Origin: Candidatus Cloacimonadales bacterium
GTDB lineage: Bacteria; Cloacimonadota; Cloacimonadia; Cloacimonadales; JAFGVF01
Direction of reading: 5' to 3'
DNA length: 64,000 bases
Assembly (NCBI GenBank): GCA_963663475.2
Contig: CAXXJV010000001.1
Coordinates: forward strand, 704,001-768,000
The notes beneath the pieces are model-generated. The model saw only the letters and a list, made by a program, of their open reading frames with translations, did no database searches and was not told the origin of the DNA. A program made the position numbers and the translations under genes. Positions 1-11,229 of this stretch are shown here, one piece after another (positions within the stretch are counted from its first letter, which is position 1; the number at the start of each line of letters is the position of its first letter).

Positions 1-260
1 TAGAACTGGAAAGGCAATATATTAAAGCTAAATGCCAACTACCAATCAAAGTGTATTATCAGAATATAATAGTAGGTGATTACTTCGCAGATATTGTAGT
101 AGGAAATAAGATAATTTTAGAATTAAAACATGTTAATGAGCTAAACCTAGCACACGAAGCACATTTGTTAAATTACCTTAAAGCTACAGGTATAAAAGTT
201 GGCTATTGGATAAACTTTGGAAAACCAAATGGTTTAGATTTTAAAAGATTAGTCTTTTAA
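1..260 (+). CDS. GxxExxY family protein (5'-truncated by window edge)
   Basis: Frame is open back to the window edge (ELERQYIKAKCQLPIKVYYQ...). YFADIVV..KIILELK..AHEAHLLNYLKATG..G..INFG is the typical GxxExxY C-terminal half; paralog at 33570. Confidence 0.85.
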   Translation, partial: ELERQYIKAKCQLPIKVYYQNIIVGDYFADIVVGNKIILELKHVNELNLAHEAHLLNYLKATGIKVGYWINFGKPNGLDFKRLVF

Positions 261-271
261 AAATATTCTTT

Positions 272-300
272 TCAGTGTTTTCTGTGTATTCACTGGCTAA
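272..300 (-). repeat. Inverted copy of repeat module C (ttagccaccgaaaacaccga type)
   Basis: Reverse complement ttagccagtgaatacacagaaaacactga resembles the copies at 23861 and 36950. Confidence 0.65.
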
Positions 301-539
301 TTAAAATAGCAAGCTCATTTTTCTAAAATAGCATTTAGCTCATTAATAGAAGTTTTTGTCAGGTAATATATTTTTGAGTTAAGTTTTATTAAACGAGATA
401 AATATTTGGACATTAAAAAATTTGCTGAAGAAATATCAAATAAAATTAACTCTTTGTGAAATTATCATTTAAACAATTAAACAAAACCACAGTTCAACTC
501 TAATTGTTTTCAGTAGCTATACACAAAAAAGGAATATTT

Positions 540-1412
540 ATGAAGGGAATTATATTAGCAGGAGGAGCAGGTTCAAGGCTTCATCCTTTAACATTTAGTA
601 TTTCAAAGCAATTATTGCCAATATATAATAAACCAATGATTTATTATCCTATGTCAATTTTAATGTTGGCAGGGATTAGAGAGATTTTGATAATATCGAC
701 ACCTCATGATTTACCAAATTTTCAGAAATTATTTGGTGATGGGAGTCAATTAGGATTAAAATTAACTTATACCGAACAGGCTCAACCTAATGGATTGGCA
801 GAAGCTTTTATTATTGGAGAAGAATTTATTGATAATGATAATGTTAGCTTAATTCTTGGGGATAATATTTTTTATGGCCAGAATCTTCCAACCCTATTGA
901 CAAAAGTTTCAGGTTTAACAGATGGTGCAGAGATATTTGGTTATTATGTTCATGATCCAGAAAGATATGGCGTGGCTGAGGTAGATGAAAAATGGAATGT
1001 GTTAACAATAGAAGAAAAACCAGAAAAGCCGAAATCAAATTATGCTGTTGTTGGTTTATATTTCTATGATAATCAAGTAGTAGAAATAGCTAAGAATATA
1101 AAGCCTTCAAAAAGAGGTGAATTAGAGATAACTTCAGTCAATGAAGAGTACCTAAAACGAGGTCAGCTTAAACTTCATCCTTTGGGTAGAGGAACAACTT
1201 GGCTTGATACCGGAACGCACGAATCTTTGCTTGAAGCAGGAAAATTCGTAGAGATTATTGAAAAGAGACAAGGATTGAAAATAGCTTGTTTAGAAGAGAT
1301 TGCTTACCGTAAAGGTTATATAGATCATACACAACTAATTAAATGCAGTGAAGCATTTGGTAAGAGTGAGTATGGATCATATTTGAAAGAGCTAGTTAAG
1401 TTAAAATCATAG
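540..1412 (+). CDS. rfbA: Glucose-1-phosphate thymidylyltransferase
   Basis: [53 protein letters not shown] 540 follows an aagga SD. Confidence 0.97.
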   Translation: MKGIILAGGAGSRLHPLTFSISKQLLPIYNKPMIYYPMSILMLAGIREILIISTPHDLPNFQKLFGDGSQLGLKLTYTEQAQPNGLAEAFIIGEEFIDNDNVSLILGDNIFYGQNLPTLLTKVSGLTDGAEIFGYYVHDPERYGVAEVDEKWNVLTIEEKPEKPKSNYAVVGLYFYDNQVVEIAKNIKPSKRGELEITSVNEEYLKRGQLKLHPLGRGTTWLDTGTHESLLEAGKFVEIIEKRQGLKIACLEEIAYRKGYIDHTQLIKCSEAFGKSEYGSYLKELVKLKS

Positions 1413-1432
1413 CATAAAAGAGGTTTATTTAC

Positions 1433-1843
1433 ATGAAAGATAGTCATATAATTAATTTTAATGAGATTAAAGACACAAGAGGTAAGCTTGTATCTATCGA
1501 GAATTGTAAGAATATCCCATTTGAGATTAAAAGAGTATATTACTTATATGCTTTAAATATATCATTAAGTAGGGGGTATCATGCTCACAGAAAGTTAAAG
1601 CAAATTCTAATATGCATAAATGGAAATTGTGAAATTTTACTAGATGATGGATATATTAAAAAAACATATAGATTAGAAACAAGGAACAAGGGGATTTTGA
1701 TTGAACACATGGTTTGGCGAGAGATGTATAATTTCAGTAAAGATTGTGTTATTCTTGTTTTAGCATCTGATTATTATAATGAAGATGATTATATAAGAAA
1801 TTATGAACAGTTTATAGATTATTTAAAAAGAGATAATCACTAG
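1433..1843 (+). CDS. dTDP-4-keto-6-deoxyglucose 3,4-ketoisomerase (FdtA/QdtA cupin)
   Basis: DTRGKL..IPFEIKRVYYLY..RGYHAH..LVLASDYYNEDDYIRNY. Confidence 0.9.
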   Translation: MKDSHIINFNEIKDTRGKLVSIENCKNIPFEIKRVYYLYALNISLSRGYHAHRKLKQILICINGNCEILLDDGYIKKTYRLETRNKGILIEHMVWREMYNFSKDCVILVLASDYYNEDDYIRNYEQFIDYLKRDNH

Positions 1844-1853
1844 TGGAGCAATA

Positions 1854-2744
1854 ATGAAAAATAATTTGTATAGAAGCTTGATGTTCGTTCCAGGACATAA
1901 CGAAAAACTAATGTTAAGTGCATCAACTAGCAATGCTGATATATTGCTGTTAGATTTAGAGGATTCTGTTAGGCCTAATTCTAATAAAAAGGTTGCTCGA
2001 GATACAATTGAGAAGTTTATTGTTGCAGGAAAATTTGAACAATTTAAGGTTTTTCCTCGAGTTAATGACCGAGAGAGTGGTTACTTACTAAAAGATGTTC
2101 ATCAATTAGCAATAGATGGGATTGATGGTTTTATGTATCCTAAAGCACATACTGGGGAGGATATATATTTTTTTGATAAACTTCTTGAGACAATAGAATA
2201 TGAAAAGAACTTTCCTATAGGAAAGTTCAAGATAATACCTTTAATAGAGACTTCAGCAGCTGTATTAAATGCACAAGAAATTTGTAAAGCTTCAAAAAGA
2301 GTTGTGGCAATAGCATTTGGTTGTGAAGATTTTATAACAGATTTACAGGGAATTCACGACAATGTGGGATTGAGTATATTAAATCCAAGAGCCTTAATCG
2401 CTTTAGCTGCTCGGGCTAATAATGTAATTCCTGTTGATACAGTTCATATTAATGTACATGATTTAGAAGATTTAGAAAAGAATTTAATTTTAGCAAAGAA
2501 GTTGGGTTTTGAAGGCATGCTTGTATTACATCCAAAAGAAATAGAATTAGTTCATAAGTATTATTCTCCATCAAAAGAAGACTATGATGATGCAATTGAA
2601 ATGTTAAGATTATATAAAGATGCAGAACTTAATAACCAAGGGGTAGCTGTTAAAAATAACAAATTCATTGGTCCTCCGATGGTTGAAACTGCTAAGAGAA
2701 TCAAACAAAAATATGAAGGAATTCATGGAAAAAACAATGAGTAA
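1854..2744 (+). CDS. CoA-ester lyase (CitE/malyl-CoA lyase, HpcH/HpaI family)
   Basis: RSLMFVPG, LLDLEDSV, PRVN, PLIET, AFGCEDF, GFEGMLVLHP. Confidence 0.88.
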   Translation: MKNNLYRSLMFVPGHNEKLMLSASTSNADILLLDLEDSVRPNSNKKVARDTIEKFIVAGKFEQFKVFPRVNDRESGYLLKDVHQLAIDGIDGFMYPKAHTGEDIYFFDKLLETIEYEKNFPIGKFKIIPLIETSAAVLNAQEICKASKRVVAIAFGCEDFITDLQGIHDNVGLSILNPRALIALAARANNVIPVDTVHINVHDLEDLEKNLILAKKLGFEGMLVLHPKEIELVHKYYSPSKEDYDDAIEMLRLYKDAELNNQGVAVKNNKFIGPPMVETAKRIKQKYEGIHGKNNE

Positions 2745-3417
2745 CAAAGTAATAATCTTAGGTGGAGAAGGTAATGGTGGAGTAGTAGCTGCCTGTATTC
2801 AAGATATGAATTTGAGATACAAAAATACTAATTTTTCAGTTATGGGCTTTTTAAATGATATGGAAGAAATAGGTAGTGAAATTAATGGATTTCCAGTTTT
2901 AGGAAAAACAAAAGATTATGTCAATTTTATTAAAGATGATAATATTTTGTTTATGTTTGCAATTCACCCTGTAGGCCATGGATCTTTAAGGATTAAACTT
3001 TTTAATGCTTTAAATATACCACAAGAAAAATTAGCAACTATAATTCATCCTTCTGCATTCATTGGCTACAATGCGGTAATTGAGCCAGGGGCTATGATTA
3101 TGGCTAACTCGTATGTTGGTACTGCAACGAAGATTGGAAAGTGTGCATTATTGATGTCCAATACAGTAGTAGGACATAACACACAAATTGGTGATTTCTG
3201 TCATTTATCTGTTGGTTGTGTAGTGAGTTCTTATGTGAAAATAGCTGAAGCTTCTGATATTGCTTTGAATGCTACAGTTCTCGAAAAAATTACTATAGAA
3301 AAAAATGCGGTTGTAGGTGCCGGAGCTATGATAACCAAAGATATCAAAGAAAATCAAATTGTGGTAGGCAATCCCCAAAGAGTGCTCAGGTTAGCAAGTG
3401 ATAAAAGAAGGTATTGA
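2737..3417 (+). CDS. Sugar N/O-acyltransferase (NeuD/PglD-type left-handed beta helix)
   Basis: [10 protein letters not shown]-domain, ATIIHPSA, hexapeptide repeats, [18 protein letters not shown] 2725 is an alternative start. Confidence 0.85.
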   Translation: MSNKVIILGGEGNGGVVAACIQDMNLRYKNTNFSVMGFLNDMEEIGSEINGFPVLGKTKDYVNFIKDDNILFMFAIHPVGHGSLRIKLFNALNIPQEKLATIIHPSAFIGYNAVIEPGAMIMANSYVGTATKIGKCALLMSNTVVGHNTQIGDFCHLSVGCVVSSYVKIAEASDIALNATVLEKITIEKNAVVGAGAMITKDIKENQIVVGNPQRVLRLASDKRRY

Positions 3418-4514
3418 TGATAAAGTTTTTAGACTTAAAAAAAATGAATCAGAAATATGAGAAGGAATTACTTCAATCTTATCAAAAGGTAATTAACTCA
3501 GGGTGGTTGGTTCTAGGAAATGAAGTAGAAGAATTTGAGAAAATGTTTGCAACTTATTGCGGTGTAGATCATTGCATTGGAGTTGGCAATGGCCTTGAAG
3601 CATTACATCTAATATTGCGAGCTTATGGTATTGGTGAAGGGCATGAAGTTATTGTTCCCTCAAACACATATATAGCAACATGGCTTGCTGTAACATACTC
3701 TGGAGCTATAGTAGTTCCTGTTGAACCAGATATTGATACATATAACATAGATTATACTAAAATAAAAGATAAAATTACAAGCAGAACAAAAGCAATAATT
3801 GCTGTACATTTGTATGGAAGAACATGCGAGATGGACGAGATAAAAAAGATAGCTAATATTAACGGTCTTAAGGTTATAGAAGATGCTGCTCAAGCACATG
3901 GGGCTATCTACAAAGGGAACAAAGTTGGGTCTTTAGGAGATGCTGCTGGGTTCAGTTTTTATCCAGGAAAAAATTTAGGAGCATTAGGAGATGCAGGTTG
4001 TGTTACAACTAACGATCCAGGACTTGCCAGAAAGATTAGGTCTTTAAGAAATTATGGATCTGAAGAAAAATATGTAAATAAGTTTCAAGGTTTTAATAGT
4101 AGATTAGATGAAATACAAGCTTCTTTTTTAAAAGTTAAGTTAAAATATTTAGAAGAAGAAAATAAGGCACGAAGAGAAATAGCAAAAAAGTACTTACAAG
4201 AGATCAATAATAAGAATATTATTCTTCCTGCATTATTTGAAGAAAGTTATGAATCTCATGTATGGCATCAGTTTGTAGTTAGAGCAAAGAATAGAAATAA
4301 CTTGCAAGATTATTTAAAAGATAATGCTATAGAAACTATGATTCATTATCCAATTCCTCCTCATAAGCAAGAAGCTTATCGTGAAATGAACAATTGGGAA
4401 TATCCAATATCTCAAAAAATACATGAGGAAGTTATTAGTTTACCTATTAATTCAAGCTTATATAAAAAAGAGATTGAACATATTGTGAAAACACTAAATA
4501 ACTACTTTAAATAA
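3414..4514 (+). CDS. DegT/DnrJ PLP aminotransferase (FdtB/QdtB-like)
   Basis: [42 protein letters not shown]. Confidence 0.93.
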   Translation: MMIKFLDLKKMNQKYEKELLQSYQKVINSGWLVLGNEVEEFEKMFATYCGVDHCIGVGNGLEALHLILRAYGIGEGHEVIVPSNTYIATWLAVTYSGAIVVPVEPDIDTYNIDYTKIKDKITSRTKAIIAVHLYGRTCEMDEIKKIANINGLKVIEDAAQAHGAIYKGNKVGSLGDAAGFSFYPGKNLGALGDAGCVTTNDPGLARKIRSLRNYGSEEKYVNKFQGFNSRLDEIQASFLKVKLKYLEEENKARREIAKKYLQEINNKNIILPALFEESYESHVWHQFVVRAKNRNNLQDYLKDNAIETMIHYPIPPHKQEAYREMNNWEYPISQKIHEEVISLPINSSLYKKEIEHIVKTLNNYFK

Positions 4515-4516
4515 AT

Positions 4517-4906
4517 ATGTATTCAGTTATCCATAAGTTTACAAAATTTTCAATAGTTGGATTGATTATAACAGGTACTTCCTTGTTCACTTCATTTTTG
4601 TTTTTGAAAGTTATTGGTACGCCACTAATTATTACTTACATTTTAAATTATTTTGCTATGATAACACTGTCTTATTTATTAAATGCATGGTTTGTTTTTA
4701 ATACAAATTATAATTTTAAGCATTTATTTCTATATTATTTGTCTTACATTATTGGAATGGTATTAGGTATTGTTCTGTTAAAAGTTTTTAGAGAGATGTT
4801 TACTTTCGAAAATTGGGTTCTGTCATATATGGTAATACCTTTCACCATGCTGTGTAATTTTACTTTTGCCAACAAAATTTTTAAGAGAAGGTCAAATGGA
4901 AAATAA
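4517..4906 (+). CDS. GtrA-family small flippase
   Basis: 129 aa, four hydrophobic segments, KFSIVG, SYLLNAWFVF, NF..NK.F. Confidence 0.8.
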   Translation: MYSVIHKFTKFSIVGLIITGTSLFTSFLFLKVIGTPLIITYILNYFAMITLSYLLNAWFVFNTNYNFKHLFLYYLSYIIGMVLGIVLLKVFREMFTFENWVLSYMVIPFTMLCNFTFANKIFKRRSNGK

Positions 4907-5837
4907 CCTTTATTCTATAGTTTTATTATCTTACTATAGTGAAAAAAGATTAAAAGATGTTTATAGAATCGCTAGTGAAAGCTTTGAAAAAGAAAGTATC
5001 CCTTTTGAGTTTATAATTATGGATGATGGCTCAAAAGATAAATCATTCGAAAAGGCATTGGAATTAGAAAAGCAATATGAGAACATTAGAGCATACCAGC
5101 TTAGCAAAAACTATAATAGTCAATATTCAAAATTTGCAGGCTTTTCAATAGCAAGAGGTTCATGTGTTACTTCAATGCCAGATGATGGACAAGTTCCGAT
5201 AGATGTATATGTTAAAATGTATAGGTTATGGCAAAAAGGAGAAAAGGTAATCATACCATATAGAGAAAAACGGAACGATGGCATTGTTTCAGATGCTTTT
5301 TCAAGTAGTTATTATAAGGTAATGAATTATTTTAGCGATGTGAAATTTCCTAAAGGTGGGGCAGATATCTTCACTATAGACAGGGAAGTATTAGATATAG
5401 TAAACAATAGGATCCATCCGATAAATACATCAATGCTTGTTGAGGTATTAAGGTTAGGGTTTGATCCTTATTTTTTTGGGTTTGAAAGACCACAAAATAA
5501 ATATTGCAAGTCTAGATGGACAATGAGAAAGAAAATTAAACATGCAAAAGATACTTTTTTTTCATCTTCATCTTTTCCTATAAAATTGATTACTGGGTTA
5601 GGTATTAGTTCTTCATTTTTTTCGATTTGCTTAATTTTTTTTTCAATTTGGTATAAGTTATATGGAAATATATACATAGCTGGATTTTCAATACCTGGTT
5701 GGACTACCACATTAATATTTATTTCGATGTTTTCTGGATTAATTTTGTTAAGTTTGGGAATCATTTCAGAATATATTTGGAGAATATATGAAGAAGTGAA
5801 AGATAGACCAGGATATATTATAAAGAAAAAAGAATAG
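4896..5837 (+). CDS. GT2 polyprenyl-phosphate glycosyltransferase (GtrB-like)
   Basis: IMDDGSKD, LSKNY, C-terminal TM pair, GIISEYIWRIYEEVKDRPGYI. Confidence 0.88.
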   Translation: MENNLYSIVLLSYYSEKRLKDVYRIASESFEKESIPFEFIIMDDGSKDKSFEKALELEKQYENIRAYQLSKNYNSQYSKFAGFSIARGSCVTSMPDDGQVPIDVYVKMYRLWQKGEKVIIPYREKRNDGIVSDAFSSSYYKVMNYFSDVKFPKGGADIFTIDREVLDIVNNRIHPINTSMLVEVLRLGFDPYFFGFERPQNKYCKSRWTMRKKIKHAKDTFFSSSSFPIKLITGLGISSSFFSICLIFFSIWYKLYGNIYIAGFSIPGWTTTLIFISMFSGLILLSLGIISEYIWRIYEEVKDRPGYIIKKKE

Positions 5838-5878
5838 GTTGTGTAGTATCTATAAATTCAGCAACATTTGGGGGAAAT

Positions 5879-7270
5879 ATGATAAGAGTATTAAGTAAAT
5901 TGAATGATGGAATGTTTTACATTCTAATAGTAGTAGTAACTGTGTTAATGGGTATATTTGCAATTAATAATCACGAGATGAATAAAATTCCTCCAGATTC
6001 TGTAGGGTATTATAATTATGGATATAATATTGTGTATAGAGGGCATTATAGTTATAAAATAGGTGCAGACCAAGAAAATTTTTTCCGAGAACCTGGTTAT
6101 CCTTATTTTGTTGCTTTTACGCTAAAGATATATCAGTTATTTGATACAATAAATCCAATTACTGAGTATGATAAAGATAAAAGAATGGTAGTTAGCAGGA
6201 TCAATAACGAATTAGATTTTATAAGATATTTTCAAATTGTTTTATTTATAATCACCAATTTATTTATATATAAATTTTTAAGTTTATTTAACAAAAGGGA
6301 CTTGTCTAGGATCGTTACTTTACTTACAGTATTTTTTTATCCCTTTATAGTGCATGTAAATGGTATACTTCGTGAGTCTTTGCTCACAGCACTTTTTACA
6401 GTTATGGTTTATTTTTATGCACTATTTATTAAAGAGAAGAGAACTGAAGTACTAGCTATTTCATCATTTTTTTTAGCTCTATCAATTTTAACTTTTCAAA
6501 TTATGGTAGCGTTTATTCCTATATATATAATAGTTATTTGTTTTGTTAAAGATAATTTACTGAGAAAAGCTAAAAATATTATTATTTTTTTACTGATTAT
6601 ATTCTTAACCATTGCTCCATGGATAACTAAAGTTTATAGGTATTATCCAAATGTGAAAATAATTAAGACCGTAGGCAGTAGTCTAACTTATGAAAGCCAA
6701 ACATGGAGAAAAGCTATTAATAATGCTGGTTATCAAGGGCATAACACAACTACTGAAAGAAAGAAACTTTTTAGTAAGTATTTGCACAATATGGAATCGA
6801 AAGAGCAGTTTGATCTTTCTTTTAATGGATGGTATTTAGAAGAAGCTAAAAAAATAAATTCTACATTAAATACACAAGGAAAAATTGTAAAAAAAATAAA
6901 GCAAGTACTTAATTACTATTATTATAATACCTTTAAACACAATTGGTCACCGTTAAATGCTAAAGAAATCATCAGTGAAAAAGAGTTTTATAAGTTAATT
7001 CCTTTTGCTATAAGTTTGATTTTAGGATTGATGAGCACTATTAGTTTTTTATATATTAGATGGAAGCATTTGCCATATTTATTTTTTCATTTGTTATATT
7101 ACATGGGAGTTATATGTGGTATAGGAGATGAAAGAAGAAGGTTTATACCTTTTATACCTATTCTGATCTATTTAGCTACAGTTGTTATTATTCGCAGTAT
7201 TACTATGGTAAAAAAAAATCATTTATATCTTACGATAAGAAGTAAAGAATGGAAAAACAACCAATTATAA
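5879..7270 (+). CDS. GT-C fold membrane glycosyltransferase (ArnT/PMT-like)
   Basis: PDSVGY, FFREPGYPYF, ILRESL, APW, RRFIPFIP in a polytopic membrane protein. Confidence 0.7.
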   Translation: MIRVLSKLNDGMFYILIVVVTVLMGIFAINNHEMNKIPPDSVGYYNYGYNIVYRGHYSYKIGADQENFFREPGYPYFVAFTLKIYQLFDTINPITEYDKDKRMVVSRINNELDFIRYFQIVLFIITNLFIYKFLSLFNKRDLSRIVTLLTVFFYPFIVHVNGILRESLLTALFTVMVYFYALFIKEKRTEVLAISSFFLALSILTFQIMVAFIPIYIIVICFVKDNLLRKAKNIIIFLLIIFLTIAPWITKVYRYYPNVKIIKTVGSSLTYESQTWRKAINNAGYQGHNTTTERKKLFSKYLHNMESKEQFDLSFNGWYLEEAKKINSTLNTQGKIVKKIKQVLNYYYYNTFKHNWSPLNAKEIISEKEFYKLIPFAISLILGLMSTISFLYIRWKHLPYLFFHLLYYMGVICGIGDERRRFIPFIPILIYLATVVIIRSITMVKKNHLYLTIRSKEWKNNQL

Positions 7271-8673
7271 TTAAACACAATAATATAACTAAAGAAATTG
7301 TAAAATTTCTTTTGGTATTTGTATTTACAATTATTGTAGTTTATAGGACAAATATTGCAATTACTAACATATATTTTATTTTAATAACTGCCATTGCATT
7401 CAAAAGCGAAAAGGATTTTTTTTGGGTTGCTTTTTATATTTTAATATATTCTTATCCTGGTAGGCTTTTTTATGGTGCAGATCAAGCTCTACATTATCGA
7501 TTACCATTATATAAAATCTTATCTGGTATTTCATTAGGGTTTAATGATATTTTTCCATTAGCATTGTTTTTGAAAGTTATAATCAAAAAAAAAACTAACG
7601 TGATGAAAAATAAATGGTTTATAGCTTTTATTGCATTATTTTTTATTTATCTTGTTATCTCAATTACTTGGGGATTATCCTCAAATAATTTTATTAAGCC
7701 AATGAGAAATTTTATACAATTATTGATATACTTTCCAATTGTATATTTGATAAAACGTGATGATATCCAAATTTTCATATATCTAATATCTTTAATAGTT
7801 GTACTAGGTTTTTGTTTCACAATATTTTTTTATATTAATGGCACCTCTTTTGGTAGCTTTTTTAGTGGTCAGAACTTAGAAAGACATTCATGGAGGCATG
7901 AAATTAAAGAAATAGAATCTTTTGAGGGATCAGGAGTTAATAGATATATTGATAGTTTAAATATTTTGTTTACAGCTTTAACTACTTCTTGGTATTTTTT
8001 GCTTAGTAAGTCAAAAATGTTTAATAAAAATTACCTTTCTATTATAATAATGGCTTCTTTATTTATAATTGTTCTAAGTGGAACTAGAGGTTGGAATATT
8101 GGATTTATAATGGTAATTGTTTTTCCTATTATATTTTTAAAACTAAAAAAAAATATTATTTATCGAATCATGTTATCAGGAATAGTATTAACTATAGGTA
8201 TTGCCTCTTATCAGCCATTTAGAATACAAATTAGTAATGCTTTCTTAAGGCTTGCAACTCTAGAAAAAGTGGTTCAGGGTGATGTTTCTGCTGGTGGAAC
8301 TAGTTCAAGAGTTGATGAAGGTCAAAGATATATTGATATGACTATCAAGGAGAGTCCTTTATTTGGTTTTGGATTTTCTGATAGGGCTCAAAAATATTAT
8401 AATTCAGATACAGGAATGTTTACTACATTCCTCGAAATAGGATTTTTTGGTTTAATCATTTTATCAATAGTAGCTCTTAGATATTTAGCTTTCTTAAAAA
8501 GCATTACAAGAAAAAATAAATATTATGGAGTCTTTGTTATAGGATTTTTAAGTATGTTATTTATGCATTCAACTACTAATATAATGTTTACCTTGATAGG
8601 TACTCTATATGCTTCATATTGGACCCCTTTTTATTTCGGAGTCACTCATTTAATTTTCAAAAACAGGATATAA
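7249..8673 (+). CDS. Wzy polymerase / O-antigen ligase family
   Basis: Multi-TM; LSGTRG, SPLFGFGF, LEIGFFG; adjacent to the flippase. Confidence 0.75.
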   Translation: MEKQPIIIKHNNITKEIVKFLLVFVFTIIVVYRTNIAITNIYFILITAIAFKSEKDFFWVAFYILIYSYPGRLFYGADQALHYRLPLYKILSGISLGFNDIFPLALFLKVIIKKKTNVMKNKWFIAFIALFFIYLVISITWGLSSNNFIKPMRNFIQLLIYFPIVYLIKRDDIQIFIYLISLIVVLGFCFTIFFYINGTSFGSFFSGQNLERHSWRHEIKEIESFEGSGVNRYIDSLNILFTALTTSWYFLLSKSKMFNKNYLSIIIMASLFIIVLSGTRGWNIGFIMVIVFPIIFLKLKKNIIYRIMLSGIVLTIGIASYQPFRIQISNAFLRLATLEKVVQGDVSAGGTSSRVDEGQRYIDMTIKESPLFGFGFSDRAQKYYNSDTGMFTTFLEIGFFGLIILSIVALRYLAFLKSITRKNKYYGVFVIGFLSMLFMHSTTNIMFTLIGTLYASYWTPFYFGVTHLIFKNRI

Positions 8674-8683
8674 AACCGAAAAC

Positions 8684-10177
8684 ATGTCATTAATAGAAAA
8701 AGCCACATCTAGCATGTTCTGGGTGTTTATGGAACAAATAGGAAATAAAGTAATTCAGTTTATTATAGGATTAATATTAGCTCGTTTATTAAGCCCATCA
8801 CAATTTGGATTACTTGGTATGCTAACTATTTTTATCTCTGTATCAGAAACTATATCTGTGGGTGGTTTTAATCAAGCCTTAATTAGAAAAAAAAAATGTA
8901 CTGAAGATGATTACAACACAAGTTTCATATTTAATATATTTGTAGGCTTAATTCTATATTCTCTTCTGTTTATTTCTTCTAATAGCATTGCTAAATTCTT
9001 CAATGAACCAATATTATCTCTACTTTTAAGGTTTTTAGCTCTACAAATAATTATAGACTCCTTATCATTTGTTCAAAATGCCAAGTTGACAAAAGATCTT
9101 AGGTTTAAGGACTCAGCAAAAATATCAGTCACTTCCCAATTGATTGGAGGATTACTTGGTATTATGTTAGCTTATCATGGAATTGGTGTTTGGAGTTTAG
9201 CTTTAAAAGTTATTATTAGTAGGAGTATTAGAACCGTCCTGTTAATTTATTATAACAAGTGGTTACCAAAACTAAGATTTTCCGCTAAATCATTTAGAGA
9301 TTTATTTGGATTTGGATCAAAAATGTTGTTAACATCGATTGTTGAACGCTTATACTCAAACATTTACAATGTGGTTATAGGTAAGTATTATAGTAAAGCA
9401 TCTTTAGGATATTATACCAGAGCTAATCAATTTAAAAAATTACTTTCTGAGCAAATTATTACTTCAATTCAAAGAGTTTCTATTCCTTTATTATCTACAA
9501 TACAAGATGAAAAGCAAAAGCTGCAAAGTGGATTTAAAAAAATGGTAAATGTTACTTATTTTATATCAATATTTGGGATGATGTTTTTACTATCTACTGC
9601 TAGATACATGATTTTGTTTTTACTAGGATATAAATGGAGTATGAGTATAAACTACTTACAGTTAATAGCTATATCTGGCATATTATACCCGGTGTCTCAA
9701 GTTAATTTAAACTATCTCCAGGTTACCGGTAAATCAAATCTTATTTTAAAATTACAGCTTTTAAAGAAAATCACAACAATACCTTTTATTGCAATAGGTA
9801 TAATTTGTGGAGTTAATTTCTTAATTTATGGCATGATAGCAATTTCAGTAACAGATTATGTAATTAGTTCGTGGTTTTCTGCTAAATTAGCTAATTACTC
9901 TATCTTTCAACAATTAAAACATTTTAGTATGAACACATTGATATTATCAGTTGTTTCTGGAATTATTTATTTTATAGGTTATTATATGGAAAAAAGTCTT
10001 TTGATACATAATGGAATTATATTTATGTTTCAAAGCATATCATATTTCATATTAGTTGTTTTACTCTTTGAATTTGCAAAATCACCTGATTATTTAGAAA
10101 CTAAAAGTGCTGTGTCTCTTATATTAAAAGATAAGTTAATAAAGCATATAAAAAACAATCATAATTATAAAATATAG
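8684..10177 (+). CDS. wzx: Wzx polysaccharide flippase (WzxC-like)
   Basis: LARLLSPSQFG, ALIRKK, GVWSL, IGKYYS..LGYYTRA. Confidence 0.9.
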   Translation: MSLIEKATSSMFWVFMEQIGNKVIQFIIGLILARLLSPSQFGLLGMLTIFISVSETISVGGFNQALIRKKKCTEDDYNTSFIFNIFVGLILYSLLFISSNSIAKFFNEPILSLLLRFLALQIIIDSLSFVQNAKLTKDLRFKDSAKISVTSQLIGGLLGIMLAYHGIGVWSLALKVIISRSIRTVLLIYYNKWLPKLRFSAKSFRDLFGFGSKMLLTSIVERLYSNIYNVVIGKYYSKASLGYYTRANQFKKLLSEQIITSIQRVSIPLLSTIQDEKQKLQSGFKKMVNVTYFISIFGMMFLLSTARYMILFLLGYKWSMSINYLQLIAISGILYPVSQVNLNYLQVTGKSNLILKLQLLKKITTIPFIAIGIICGVNFLIYGMIAISVTDYVISSWFSAKLANYSIFQQLKHFSMNTLILSVVSGIIYFIGYYMEKSLLIHNGIIFMFQSISYFILVVLLFEFAKSPDYLETKSAVSLILKDKLIKHIKNNHNYKI

Positions 10178-10203
10178 ATATAACAATTTGAAAGGAGTTG
10201 ATT

Positions 10204-11229
10204 GTGAAAGTTTGGCCAGGGGTTACTATTATTATTATAGGACATAACGAAGAAAAGAATCTCGAAAAAAGTCTGAAAGCTAGTAAAAACATTGATTATC
10301 CTAAAGATAAAATTGAAGTTATTTTTGTCAATTCTAAATCTACAGATAATTCACTTAATATAGCCAAAAAATATGCAGATGTTGTTTTATCTACTAAAAA
10401 CTTTTGGTCAACAGCTGGTGAAGCATTCAATTTAGGTATTAAAAGGTCAACGCATGATTATGTTCACATTTCAGCTGGAGATATTATTCTTGATAAAGAT
10501 TATCTTAAAAAGGCAATATTGAAGATAACGTCGTCACCTAATATTGACTGTGTTACAGGTTATTTTACAGAGAAAAAAATGAGCAAATGGAATAGATTAA
10601 TTTCTTATCGAAGAGAAGAAAACTCTCATAAAAAACCTGGGTATGTGTTAACTCCCAATGGAGGTACTTTTAGAAAAAAGGTTCTTTTTGAGTTAGACGG
10701 ATATGATGAAAGAATTAAAAAAGGGCAAGAGAGTGAATTAGGTATGAGGATGCAAGAAGAGGGGTATAGAATCTGGCATCTACAAATTCCACAGGGTGTT
10801 CATGATTTCGATTTGCGTAAGTTTAGTGATCTTTTGAAGAGATACTACATGTATGGATTTTCTTCTGCTCTAATATTTTTTTTATCATTTTCAGAAAAAA
10901 AAATTTTTTTTCTGAAAATGAGGTTTAATGTTTTTAAAACAATATTTAAGTACTTAATGCTTTTTTTTGTAGTTTTACTTTTAACAATAATCTATAATTG
11001 GAAAATTGGAATTGGATCCTTAGTACTATATTTGCTTTTTGTTGTAGTTAGTGTTATGATTAAGCATTCAGATAAAACTGTTAATTATCGGAAATATATG
11101 ATATTAAATAATATTTTATCTTTTATGAATTTTGTAGGTATTGTTAAATTTCTATTTTTAGCAACAATCTCAAGAAAATACCGTAATCTTATAAAAGGTA
11201 AAAAGGTTGGTCTGTCCATTGAAAAATAA
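10204..11229 (+). CDS. GT2 glycosyltransferase with C-terminal TM helices
   Basis: VTIIIIGHNEE, IDYPKDKIEVIFV..STD, GYDE..GQESELG; GTG 10204 fits the aaggag SD. Confidence 0.85.
   Translation: MKVWPGVTIIIIGHNEEKNLEKSLKASKNIDYPKDKIEVIFVNSKSTDNSLNIAKKYADVVLSTKNFWSTAGEAFNLGIKRSTHDYVHISAGDIILDKDYLKKAILKITSSPNIDCVTGYFTEKKMSKWNRLISYRREENSHKKPGYVLTPNGGTFRKKVLFELDGYDERIKKGQESELGMRMQEEGYRIWHLQIPQGVHDFDLRKFSDLLKRYYMYGFSSALIFFLSFSEKKIFFLKMRFNVFKTIFKYLMLFFVVLLLTIIYNWKIGIGSLVLYLLFVVVSVMIKHSDKTVNYRKYMILNNILSFMNFVGIVKFLFLATISRKYRNLIKGKKVGLSIEK

Noticed and set aside
261-540. JUMPstart/ops element ahead of rfbA
   Set aside because: No GGCGGTAG-like motif; the locus probably begins upstream of the window.
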